Both the position numbers and the translations under genes were made by a program. The notes below the pieces were generated by a model. The model searched no databases, was not told the origin of the DNA, and saw only the letters and a program-made list of their open reading frames with translations. Shown here piece after piece: positions 15,939 through 23,762 of a stretch of 50,114 bases of DNA. The DNA comes from a virus. The stretch lies in the IMG/VR virus record IMGVR_UViG_3300015195_000002, positions 1 through 50,114 of that record. The stretch is one strand, 5' to 3'. Each line of letters opens with the position of its first letter. Positions within the stretch are counted from its first letter, which is position 1.

Positions 15939-15967
15939 TTGACATATATTGCATCTTGCAGTATAGT
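15939..15967 (+). promoter_or_regulatory. Near-consensus sigma-70-type promoter (TTGACA-17-TATAGT) for the plus-strand cassette
   Basis: TTGACA 15939..15944, a 17-nt spacer containing TTGCAtcTTGCA, TATAGT 15962..15967, then the tandem GTGTAAGTGTAAG. Confidence 0.6.
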
Positions 15968-16005
15968 GTAAGTGTAAGCAGTTGAGCAGCGAAAAGGAGA
16001 GGGCA

Positions 16006-16413
16006 ATGGAGATCATCCGGCAGCGAGACGGGAACTACGCGGTGCAGAGCGAGACGACCGAGCGCATGTATGTCGTCAGCGCCAAGGCCGATGCTTGTTC
16101 TTGCCCGCATTCGACCTACCGAGCACCTCCAGATTGTAAGCATCGGCAGGCCGTCAGGGCCCACCTCGAAGCGCAGACAAAACTCAGCCGGGCTGCCGAC
16201 AAGGCTGCCAACCTGACCGAGCAGGAGTTGATCCGCTTCGCCCGCGAGAAGAACGGGACCAGTGCTGGAGCCGCCTGCTTGCTGGAGCTAGCCCGCCGGC
16301 AAGTGAGCCAGCCGCAGCCGGAGCCGCGACCGATCCCGCCTGGGGTTGAATGCTTCCTGGTGGGAGCGAACCCGGAAGAGCGGGAGCGGGCACTGGCGGT
16401 GTACCAGCGATGA
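16006..16413 (+). CDS. SWIM zinc-finger protein (135 aa)
   Basis: Track ORF 15982..16413. CSCPHSTYRAPPDCKHRQAV matches CxCx(n)CxH. ATG 16006 follows AAAAGGAGAGGGCA. Confidence 0.5.
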   Translation: MEIIRQRDGNYAVQSETTERMYVVSAKADACSCPHSTYRAPPDCKHRQAVRAHLEAQTKLSRAADKAANLTEQELIRFAREKNGTSAGAACLLELARRQVSQPQPEPRPIPPGVECFLVGANPEERERALAVYQR

Positions 16414-16676
16414 GCTACCAGATTTCAGACGGCTGGTATACCGGGGAGGTGGCAGATGACGTGCTCCGCTCGATTGACGAGGCGGATGATCGGGCCTGGG
16501 ATTACTACTGCGAGAAAGAGAGCATTGACGAGGCCCGAGCCCGCATGAGCGACGACGAGCGGGCGGCGGATCGGGTGTTCGATCCTTCGCAGAGAGGGAG
16601 AGAAGCAGTAGATGAAGCAATGGTGCCACTACAAGGTGCTGGTGCGACGGCTGGGCGGCTTCTGGATGCCAGATGA
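16410..16676 (+). CDS. Acidic hypothetical protein (88 aa)
   Basis: Track ORF 16350..16676. ATG 16410 makes an ATGA overlap. Asp/Glu-rich (DEADDRAWDYYCEKESIDEARARMSDDE). Confidence 0.4.
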   Translation: MSYQISDGWYTGEVADDVLRSIDEADDRAWDYYCEKESIDEARARMSDDERAADRVFDPSQRGREAVDEAMVPLQGAGATAGRLLDAR

Positions 16677-16827
16677 CACGGAGGGCAACCAGGATCGCTA
16701 TGAGAGCCGCAAGGAAGCGATAACGCGAGCCTTCTTCCTGGCTGGCGCTGGGGAGCAGGAAGTCGAAGTCCACCAGATGACTGACACGGTGATCTACCGA
16801 TTGCCCCAGCCGGAACCGACCGAATGA
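16612..16827 (+). CDS. Hypothetical protein (71 aa)
   Basis: Track ORF; SD GGGAGAGAAG upstream. Overlaps the previous ORF by 65 nt. Confidence 0.4.
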   Translation: MKQWCHYKVLVRRLGGFWMPDDTEGNQDRYESRKEAITRAFFLAGAGEQEVEVHQMTDTVIYRLPQPEPTE

Positions 16828-17327
16828 GCCAGCGCCGAGCCTTCGAGGACACCACCGTCTCCGCGGACAAAACGAAGGGCGAGATTCGGGCGCTCCTCCT
16901 CAAGTACGGCGTCACGCAGTTCGGTATCATGGAAGAGCCCTGCCGAGCCCTGATCGGCTTCCACAAGGGAGGCCGTACCGTGCGGCTCATTGTGCCGTTG
17001 CCGGATAAGTCGCTGCGGGCACTATCGAAAACGGGTGGCCACCTCCCGGCCGGCACCCCGGCTGCGCTGAAGGTCCACGAGCAGGAGGAGCGGCGCATCT
17101 GGCGGGCGGTGCGAACGTGGATTTTCGGGCAGCTCGAAGCAGTGCGGAGCGGTATCCAGACCTGGGAGCAGGTCTTCCTGCCCTGGACTGTTTTGAGTAA
17201 CGGCCAGACGTTTAGCGAGTGGGCCGAGCCGCAGATCGAGCAGGAGGTCAGCGCGGGGCGGATGCCGCGCCTGCTGACCGGGAGCGCGTTCGAGGGGCGG
17301 CGGCTGGGAGAAGGAGGCGAGTCATGA
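16824..17327 (+). CDS. Hypothetical protein (167 aa)
   Basis: Track ORF; ATGA coupling at both ends. Confidence 0.5.
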   Translation: MSQRRAFEDTTVSADKTKGEIRALLLKYGVTQFGIMEEPCRALIGFHKGGRTVRLIVPLPDKSLRALSKTGGHLPAGTPAALKVHEQEERRIWRAVRTWIFGQLEAVRSGIQTWEQVFLPWTVLSNGQTFSEWAEPQIEQEVSAGRMPRLLTGSAFEGRRLGEGGES

Positions 17328-17557
17328 AGCGCACCTGCAACGGATGCCGCGCCTTGCTGATAGCAGACGAGCGCGTGTATTGCTCTTTAGGGAAACCGCA
17401 GGTTAGCGTAATGAGGAATCAGGCCATCGTCGCGGCGCGGCCCGCCGGAGAGTGTCCCAAACCGAGATCGACTCGTGAGCTTGTGCGGCTGTTGATCGAG
17501 CGTCAGAAGACCGCATCGGAGTCCGAGGGGCTAGGCGAGGAAAAGAGGGGGCGATGA
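17324..17557 (+). CDS. Small Cys-containing protein (77 aa)
   Basis: Track ORF 17219..17557. ATG 17324 (MKRTCNGC...) makes an ATGA overlap. Confidence 0.4.
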   Translation: MKRTCNGCRALLIADERVYCSLGKPQVSVMRNQAIVAARPAGECPKPRSTRELVRLLIERQKTASESEGLGEEKRGR

Positions 17558-17721
17558 GAGATCGATATCGAGTGACGCTGACCATGAAGGATGGCGCTCT
17601 GCTGACGCTGGAATGCTGGGACGAAGCCGAGGCGATAAATTGGGCGCAGCACATGGCAAGACAAACCAAGGAAGTTGTCGGTCGCCTCGTTGAGAAAATT
17701 GTGACTCTGCACCTTGAATGA
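17554..17721 (+). CDS. Hypothetical small protein (55 aa, below track cut-off)
   Basis: Hand translation MRDRYRVTLTMKDGALLTLECWDEAEAINWAQHMARQTKEVVGRLVEKIVTLHLE. ATGA coupling at 17554. Confidence 0.35.
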   Translation: MRDRYRVTLTMKDGALLTLECWDEAEAINWAQHMARQTKEVVGRLVEKIVTLHLE

Positions 17722-17769
17722 GGAGACGAACGATGAGGGGTAACGTATCCACCCGCTAAAGCCGGAATG

Positions 17770-18360
17770 CTAGGCGATCTTAAAGCCCCCAGCGAATCCA
17801 TTGCTCTCGTCCGTGTCGATCCCGACCCCACAGATCGTCTCCCCGGCTAACTGCCTGATCGACCACCCAGTGAACGTCCGGCTTCCACTCCAGCCTCTCG
17901 ACATGGCGAGCCACGAGTGAGAGACCGGGGTTGACTTCAGCAGCGTGGCGCAAGCCATCCCGGAGCCGTACACTCCCAGGCTGTAAGGATGGTCGTGCAG
18001 CACATCAGCGATCGCTCGAAAGTAGCTCGTGATCGACCCCTTGACTTCTGCCAGGCGCGCATCCATGTCGACCGTGAAATACAACGTCGCTCCGGCTGGA
18101 ATTCCAATGACATGAGCCTTGTCCAATGCGAACTTCGCGTCGGCCGCTCCCGCTCGCGCGCTGAAATAACGGGCGGTGGTCGGGTAGCCCCGCTCGACAA
18201 TGGCGACGACCCACAGGCCCGCCGCTGACAGGCTCGCCGCCTCAATGTGGGTGAGGCACGAGGCGCTTTCCTTCAAGTATCTCCCGGCGAAGCGAAACCC
18301 CGCGTCGTAGAGGCAGGGGGCGTGGGCGGTCAGGTTGCTATTGCTATCGCAGCCCTTCAT
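17770..18360 (-). CDS. Endolysin, Rv2525c/DUF1906-like glycoside-hydrolase fold
   Basis: Track ORF 17770..18396. GFRFAGRYL...LTHIEAASLSAAGLWVVAI...GAADAKFALDKAHVIGIPAGATLYFTVDMD matches the DUF1906 pattern. Last gene of the late operon. Confidence 0.55.
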   Translation of the reverse strand: MKGCDSNSNLTAHAPCLYDAGFRFAGRYLKESASCLTHIEAASLSAAGLWVVAIVERGYPTTARYFSARAGAADAKFALDKAHVIGIPAGATLYFTVDMDARLAEVKGSITSYFRAIADVLHDHPYSLGVYGSGMACATLLKSTPVSHSWLAMSRGWSGSRTFTGWSIRQLAGETICGVGIDTDESNGFAGGFKIA

Positions 18361-18551
18361 TGGTCCGCTCCGTGGTCGGTGACGTGGCCCGTGCAAGGGA
18401 TCAATGTACTTCGCACTCCCGGAGTGAGTGCGGGCAGGTAAGCAGCGTACATCATTGCGTCGGCATGGTCAAGGTGCTCATAGAGCATGAGGTGCCATTT
18501 CCCACGAGTCGGGTGGAAATAAGCGACTCGCCATGCCGGGACGTTTCTCAT
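18357..18551 (-). CDS. Hypothetical small protein (64 aa)
   Basis: Track ORF; the stop is coupled (ATGA) to the endolysin start. Confidence 0.45.
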   Translation of the reverse strand: MRNVPAWRVAYFHPTRGKWHLMLYEHLDHADAMMYAAYLPALTPGVRSTLIPCTGHVTDHGADQ

Positions 18552-18566
18552 CCGATTTTCTCCCTC

Positions 18567-18603
18567 AAAGAAATGCCGCCAGCTCTAGAGTAGAGCGGCG
18601 GCA
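18567..18603 (-). terminator. Rho-independent terminator (minus strand)
   Basis: 12-bp stem with one bulge (TGCCGCCaGCTCT agagt AGAGCGGCGGCA, 18574..18603), followed on the minus strand by TTTCTTT. Confidence 0.55.
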
Positions 18604-18668
18604 GTGAAGAGTACACGAAAGGAAGCGTTGTAGGCCTCTTTATTCGTCGCGCCGGGCGGTGTTTCCTC

Positions 18669-18917
18669 TCACCGCTTGCGCGTGTAATGGATCACGAACT
18701 CGCCTTCGCCCCCGCCTGGCACGTAGCTCTCAAACGGGGGAAGATCGACGCTCTGCCCCACGGCAAGGCCATGCACGCTCACGAACGCCGTGATGATCTG
18801 GCCCAGGAGGCCGCTGTACCCGATCAGATCGCCCAGATTGAGCGTCGGATTGACGTGGCCGGGCAAGAGGCCGCCCGCGGGACCGGCTGCTGCCTTCGGC
18901 TGGGCTGCGCTGACCAT
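18669..18917 (-). CDS. Hypothetical protein with one moderately hydrophobic segment (holin candidate, weak)
   Basis: Track ORF; LIGYSGLLGQIITAFVSVHGLAV. Confidence 0.4.
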   Translation of the reverse strand: MVSAAQPKAAAGPAGGLLPGHVNPTLNLGDLIGYSGLLGQIITAFVSVHGLAVGQSVDLPPFESYVPGGGEGEFVIHYTRKR

Positions 18918-19204
18918 CAGGGCGAAGGCGCCGGGCTGGGCTGCGGGGTCGGGGTCTGCCCCGTCAGCAGGTTGACGTCATCCTGGAGATCCTGGAGATC
19001 CTGATCGGTAATCGGATTCCCAGCCGCCAACTGCGTCTTCAGGTCCGCCACGGACTGAACAATGGACTGGATGTCCGTTTTGAGGGTGCTTTTGAGCGCG
19101 TCGAAATCTGCACGAGTCGCCAACTGTTTGATTGCCTCCTCGATACGAGCCAGAAAGGCTCGTATCACGTCGTCTTGAAATGAGACAGAAATGTTTAGCT
19201 GCAT
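18917..19204 (-). CDS. Hypothetical coiled-coil protein with Pro-rich tail
   Basis: Track ORF; visibly lower GC than its neighbours. Confidence 0.5.
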   Translation of the reverse strand: MQLNISVSFQDDVIRAFLARIEEAIKQLATRADFDALKSTLKTDIQSIVQSVADLKTQLAAGNPITDQDLQDLQDDVNLLTGQTPTPQPSPAPSP

Positions 19205-19255
19205 AGTTGCAAGAGTCGCAGGGGCCGGTCAGTTTGACCCACGGGGGTCTGTTTC

Positions 19256-19264
19256 ATTATACCA
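19256..19264 (-). promoter_or_regulatory. Extended -10 promoter element (TGGTATAAT)
   Basis: Minus strand TGGTATAAT in the 170-bp AT-richer gap upstream of 19204. No good -35. Confidence 0.35.
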
Positions 19265-19374
19265 TTTCCTCCTTTCTCCTAATCCTGCTTGCTACCGCCG
19301 CATGGCCCGCCAGAGAATTAAAACCATCAGTGCCAGGATCAATGCTGTCCACCACCATTCGGCCGAGGTGGGTC

Positions 19375-20082
19375 TCACGGATGCCCCATGCGCTGGATGA
19401 AGGCGCTCACCGCGATCACGGCGGAAAGGATCGCGAGGCCGATGCCGATGAGGCTGATGGTCGTCGTGTTCCCGGTGTGGGTCTCGGCTTTTTGGCCTAA
19501 CTGCCCCACGGCAGCGCCTTCGATCCGGGTCAGCCGGTCTTTCACATCAGTGATCTTGTCATCGAGTGCCTTCGTAGTCGCCTGGATCAGGTCACGAAGC
19601 TGGTCGATCTGCTTGGTGAAGTTCGCCTCCGTCTTGTTCGAGGCCACCATAAAAGTCTCTGCCTGTGCCGCGTTCTGCTTGTTCGCCGCTTCGAGTGCTG
19701 CATCAACGCCCGTCTTGGTTACTCTCTCGCTTTTATCGATGGAGGCGGTCAATAGGGTAAACTGCCGGTCCACTCCCGCGAACTTCTCGTTCCGCAGGAC
19801 ATCCAGGTCGGTGAGCTGCGTCTGGATGCTGTCGAACTTGACATCGTGCAAGTCCCGGAGGTGCGAGATACTCTTGTCGACCTCGGTGGGCACACGAGTG
19901 AGGTTTGATTCAAAGAGTGCCGTCGCTTTATCGATAGCTGCGAGGCGGGCCTCAAGAATCTCAACCTCGCCGTCGAGTTTGGTTTCGAACTGTTCCTTGA
20001 GATTGGAAACCTCTCGCAGCAAAGCCGAAGTCGTCAGGGCAGTGGGATCGGGACCCGGCTTCTCCGGCTGACCGTCCATCAT
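19375..20082 (-). CDS. Tail-anchored coiled-coil membrane protein
   Basis: Long heptad-like sequence ending in TTISLIGIGLAILSAVIAVSAFI (C-terminal TM). Confidence 0.5.
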   Translation of the reverse strand: MMDGQPEKPGPDPTALTTSALLREVSNLKEQFETKLDGEVEILEARLAAIDKATALFESNLTRVPTEVDKSISHLRDLHDVKFDSIQTQLTDLDVLRNEKFAGVDRQFTLLTASIDKSERVTKTGVDAALEAANKQNAAQAETFMVASNKTEANFTKQIDQLRDLIQATTKALDDKITDVKDRLTRIEGAAVGQLGQKAETHTGNTTTISLIGIGLAILSAVIAVSAFIQRMGHP

Positions 20083-20483
20083 CCATCCTTCGACTCAATG
20101 ATGTTGATCGGCGAACCCGTCACGTTGATCGCCGCCTCGGTGCTGACCGAATGGCGCAAGTCCTCCGCTTTCTGATCGGCAACCCTTAAAGCTTCTGCGA
20201 CCCGGAGTGCTTCGGCTTTCAACGCCTCCGCCTGCAGCTCAGCGGCTCTGAGCGCGAGCGTCGTCGCAGCCGCGGTCCGCTCCTCATTGGTGGTGATCCC
20301 CTCCCGCAGCCCGCGCGCGTGCGATGCTTCCTCCTTTGCCTCGATGAGCTGCTGCAGCCGGCCATCGATCTCGACCCGAACCTCTTTGATCTGCTCGCCG
20401 ACCCGATAGGCTTTATAGGCCGCCGACAGGCCGCCTATCGCGGAGAGCGTCGTCGTGATGAGTTGGACGAGGTGATCGTTCAT
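20079..20483 (-). CDS. N-terminally anchored coiled-coil membrane protein (i-spanin-like topology)
   Basis: LVQLITTTLSAIGGLSAAY TM, then AEALKAEALRVAEALRVADQKAEDL repeats. Confidence 0.45.
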   Translation of the reverse strand: MNDHLVQLITTTLSAIGGLSAAYKAYRVGEQIKEVRVEIDGRLQQLIEAKEEASHARGLREGITTNEERTAAATTLALRAAELQAEALKAEALRVAEALRVADQKAEDLRHSVSTEAAINVTGSPINIIESKDG

Positions 20484-21742
20484 CAGCCCTTCTTCGTCGC
20501 GCTCCCCGAGGCTGTGCCGTTAAAAGCCGAGACGGTGACCGTACATTCTTGCCCCCACGGCGCCGGCCGCTGCACGGTCCAGATCGCCGGGGAAATCGTC
20601 CCATGGGTCGTCAAACCGCCTAACTGAACCGTTCCCTGACTGCCGGTCACGGTCCCGGTTACGGAGGCCGGAAAGCTCTGGCCTGCCTTATCTGCCGTGT
20701 AAACGATCACTGACACGGTGTTCCGAAACGCCGACGGCTTCGTCGTCATCTCGACGAGGATATCGCCACCGGGGTCAGGCGTCGGCGTCGGCGTGGGCGT
20801 TGGGTCAGGGGTCGGCGTCGGGTCAGGCGTGGGCGTCGGAGTGGGATTATCGTTGATCTGGGTGATCGCCAACTGCCCGGTGAATCCCTGGGCGGTGCTG
20901 CCGGCGATGACGTTCCCCACGGCCAGGACGTTGACGTTGCTGCCGGTCGCGATGGCCGAGAGGGTGCGCTGCACGGGCACCGGAACGGGAGTCGGTGTGG
21001 GAGTCGGTGTTGGGATGGGAGTAGGCGTCGGCGTGGGGATCGGCACGGGCGGCGTAATCGTCAGCGTCGTGATGATATAGGCGTAGACGTCGCCGCGCAT
21101 CGGATCGACAAAGGATTTGAGCAGCCGCCCTCTGCCATTCTGACCAAAGCCTGGCCCCCAAGAATTGGTCAGTTCCCACCACTGGGGGTCGCCCGCATCC
21201 AAATAAATTTGATGATAGCGATTGGGGTTAGGACCGCCGGAACTGTCCCAGCCGAAGTTATCGGGCAGGTAAGTTGCCAGCGTGACCGCCTTGCCGACGG
21301 AGAGCGCTGCCATGATCGTCGGCTCCCACAACGCGGGGTCTTTGGGCACAAAGAGGTAGGCGCTGATGTGAACGGGTGTGCCACCATCCTGGCGGTTGAT
21401 CCCGTTGTTGAGGATGTCGTCCAGGGTAGTCCTCGTATCCACGCCGTTCTGGCCGGAACCCCCATTCCGACGGTATAGGTTCTCCGCGTCCATCCAGATC
21501 CACGGCTGGCCCTGGATCGTCTGCTCGCGCGAGACGACGCCCGCCTCGGAAAACGCGACACAGGCCCCCTCGGCGCCTTGATTGTAAAGCCCACCAATTG
21601 TGCCGCCCAGCCGGACTGTCGAGGGCGTGCCGACAAACATGGCCTGCGCGATCCCCGGATGAAGGAGGGCGCTCCAGTCGCGAGGGTCCGGCCGCAGGAG
21701 CAGAGCGCCAGTGCCGTGGTGTTGATAGGGGTCGGGCGTCAT
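20483..21742 (-). CDS. Papain-family (C1-like) cysteine peptidase with Pro-Thr linkers and a C-terminal beta-rich domain
   Basis: YNQGAEGACVAFS (Q..C active-site box), NRYHQIY, ELTNSWGPGFGQNGRGRL (NSWG box). Two PT linkers. Confidence 0.6.
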   Translation of the reverse strand: MTPDPYQHHGTGALLLRPDPRDWSALLHPGIAQAMFVGTPSTVRLGGTIGGLYNQGAEGACVAFSEAGVVSREQTIQGQPWIWMDAENLYRRNGGSGQNGVDTRTTLDDILNNGINRQDGGTPVHISAYLFVPKDPALWEPTIMAALSVGKAVTLATYLPDNFGWDSSGGPNPNRYHQIYLDAGDPQWWELTNSWGPGFGQNGRGRLLKSFVDPMRGDVYAYIITTLTITPPVPIPTPTPTPIPTPTPTPTPVPVPVQRTLSAIATGSNVNVLAVGNVIAGSTAQGFTGQLAITQINDNPTPTPTPDPTPTPDPTPTPTPTPDPGGDILVEMTTKPSAFRNTVSVIVYTADKAGQSFPASVTGTVTGSQGTVQLGGLTTHGTISPAIWTVQRPAPWGQECTVTVSAFNGTASGSATKKG

Positions 21743-21963
21743 CGTCTCGCCTCCTCCGGCACGTCGAGGTTCGCGTTCCGCTCCTTCTCAATGCCGAGCG
21801 CCAGTTGCCGCAGGTTCAACTCCGGGTCCTGGAACGGATAGTAAACGGCAAGCTGCGTCTGCGGCGCGGCCGTCTCCCTTAAGGGGCGGCCTTCCTCGTT
21901 GCAGACCGACTCCATGGCGGTGACGCTGACAATGAAGCGGGTCACCTTGACATGTTCAGACAT
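21739..21963 (-). CDS. Hypothetical protein (74 aa)
   Basis: Track ORF; ATGA coupling. Confidence 0.45.
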   Translation of the reverse strand: MSEHVKVTRFIVSVTAMESVCNEEGRPLRETAAPQTQLAVYYPFQDPELNLRQLALGIEKERNANLDVPEEARR

Positions 21964-21972
21964 CGTTTCTCC

Positions 21973-23247
21973 TTAAGCCGTCGCGGCCGTAAGCCCATAC
22001 TGCACCGCCCAGGACCGGAGGGCGGTCAGCACCACGCGGATATCGGTTACAGCGTTCGCGAGGGTGTCTGTGCGAATTCCGGTGATCCCTGCCGCCGATG
22101 CCGTTGCTTGTTGGGTTGTGGGCGTGACGGCGAACGCTCCAAACCCCGTGCCGACGTGAGCCAAGGTGCCGGTGATCTGGCAGAAGCCGCCGCCGGTGAA
22201 CCGCATACACTCCACCGTCGAGCCGCTCTGCCGGTTGCTGAACACCAGCGCGCTGCCGACCCCACCCGGCGTCAACGTCGTCTCAAAGCAGGTGATGTTC
22301 GCTGTTTGGAGTTGAGTCCCAGCCGAATCCTGTCCGAAGAATTCCATTCCTGTGCCGAAGTTCGCGACCGCCGTGCCGCTGGAGAGGAAATGGGCGAGGC
22401 GCAGGGTCAAGGGTGCGGTGTTCGTGCCGGTGTCGGTGATCTGGCCGAGCAGGCTGGATTGGGCTATCGCTCCTGAGTTCGAGATGGAGAAGACAGCCAC
22501 CGAATTTTTCCGCACCTCAAGCAGATTACCGGCGTACGAGTTGCTGGCGTCGATGATGACCCCGCCAGCCGCTGGGACCACGAGTCGATCCTTGCCACCC
22601 GTCTGCAGGCGCAGCAAGTCTCCCGCGAAGGCTCCGTCGGCGTTACCGCTGTACCAGGTTCCGTTGGCGTTTCCCGCAAAGTTCTGTCCTCCCGGTCCCG
22701 TGTAGCCGCCGTCTCCCAGAAAGATCGCCCCGAAGTTCGCCGTCGCCTGCGGCGTGTTGAGCCAGCGCGTCTGGTTCTTGGCGAAGGTAACTTCGCGCCG
22801 TGAGGCGCCGGCGTTGGTGACGTTGATCCCGGCCTCGCCGGTCTGCGCGCCGGCCGTCGCGACGGTCTGCTGCGCCTCGAAGGTGGCGATACTGCCGCGC
22901 ACGCCCTCCGTCGCGCTCTCCACGGTGAGATTGATGCCGACGCCCAGACCCGCGCCACCCACCCCGCCGGAGTTTGTGTGCCCGAGCGCGACCGGGTAAT
23001 CGACGCCGGTCGCGTTGTTGTTATCGATCAGGTTCACTTCCTGAACGGTGGTGGTCAGGGTGTTGTTGAAAATGGCCGGCGCCGAGTAGGTCTGCAGCGC
23101 CGTGAACGTGTTCGGGTTGTTCGTGGAGAGGCCGCTGATGCCGTTGATCGCATTGGCGAGAATCACGCATTGGGCATACAAAAATGCCTCCTGCGTCAGC
23201 CCGGCGGCGGGATAAGTATTCGGCGGGACATCAAGGGTTACGGGCAT
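21973..23247 (-). CDS. Tail fibre / receptor-binding protein paralogue
   Basis: Strong SD GAGGAGGACAGCC. N-terminal YPAAGLTQEAFLYAQ and C-terminal ...VVLTALRSWAVQYGLT motifs are shared with 23763..24917 and 41683..43128. Gly/Thr/Asn-rich. Confidence 0.55.
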   Translation of the reverse strand: MPVTLDVPPNTYPAAGLTQEAFLYAQCVILANAINGISGLSTNNPNTFTALQTYSAPAIFNNTLTTTVQEVNLIDNNNATGVDYPVALGHTNSGGVGGAGLGVGINLTVESATEGVRGSIATFEAQQTVATAGAQTGEAGINVTNAGASRREVTFAKNQTRWLNTPQATANFGAIFLGDGGYTGPGGQNFAGNANGTWYSGNADGAFAGDLLRLQTGGKDRLVVPAAGGVIIDASNSYAGNLLEVRKNSVAVFSISNSGAIAQSSLLGQITDTGTNTAPLTLRLAHFLSSGTAVANFGTGMEFFGQDSAGTQLQTANITCFETTLTPGGVGSALVFSNRQSGSTVECMRFTGGGFCQITGTLAHVGTGFGAFAVTPTTQQATASAAGITGIRTDTLANAVTDIRVVLTALRSWAVQYGLTAATA

Positions 23248-23458
23248 GGCTGTCCTCCTCGCTCATGATGATCGCCATGGCCTCCTGAACCTCGGGGCGA
23301 TCAGCGAAGCTCATAAGGTCGCCTATCATCTGCTCAAGCCGCTCGTCACGCTCTCTGATCATCCGATCCTCCCGCTCCAATTCTGCCAGAAAGGAAGCCG
23401 ATGCCGCTGAGATGTTCACCGCCGAGCGGCGCTGGAGCCAGGCGAATCTAGTCTTCAT
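23231..23458 (-). CDS. Hypothetical protein (75 aa), possible fibre assembly factor by position
   Basis: Track ORF between two fibre genes. Confidence 0.4.
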   Translation of the reverse strand: MKTRFAWLQRRSAVNISAASASFLAELEREDRMIRERDERLEQMIGDLMSFADRPEVQEAMAIIMSEEDSHARNP

Positions 23459-23510
23459 GAGGTGCTATCCGTGATCGCGCCGAGCGAGACCAGCGCGGCG
23501 AGCAGACTGA

Positions 23511-23729
23511 TCATTTGTAAACCACCAGTTTCAACGGCGCAACGCCGCTCTTGAAGCAGTAGGGCGGCCAGTCCTGCTTTCGGAAGGGCGCTCGGATATA
23601 TTGCCGTCCCGTGAACCACGACTCCACTTCGCGCCGGGCTTCGCGCTCCTCATGCATGTCCCGCATTTCGGCGTCCGTGGGAGTGCGTTCGATGCGGCGA
23701 GGAAGTGGTCGATGAGCTGGACATCCCAT
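23511..23729 (-). CDS. Hypothetical protein (72 aa)
   Basis: Track ORF; start uncertain. Confidence 0.35.
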   Translation of the reverse strand: MGCPAHRPLPRRIERTPTDAEMRDMHEEREARREVESWFTGRQYIRAPFRKQDWPPYCFKSGVAPLKLVVYK

Positions 23730-23762
23730 CTCTTTGTCTCCCGGGAAGAATCTGGAAGCATG

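Noticed and set aside
19195-19257. 20-codon upstream ORF (MKQTPVGQTDRPLRLLQLCS) overlapping the TATAAT box and the start of 18917..19204
   Set aside because: Its ATG is part of the putative -10 element, so a transcript from that promoter would not contain it. It is too short to evaluate.
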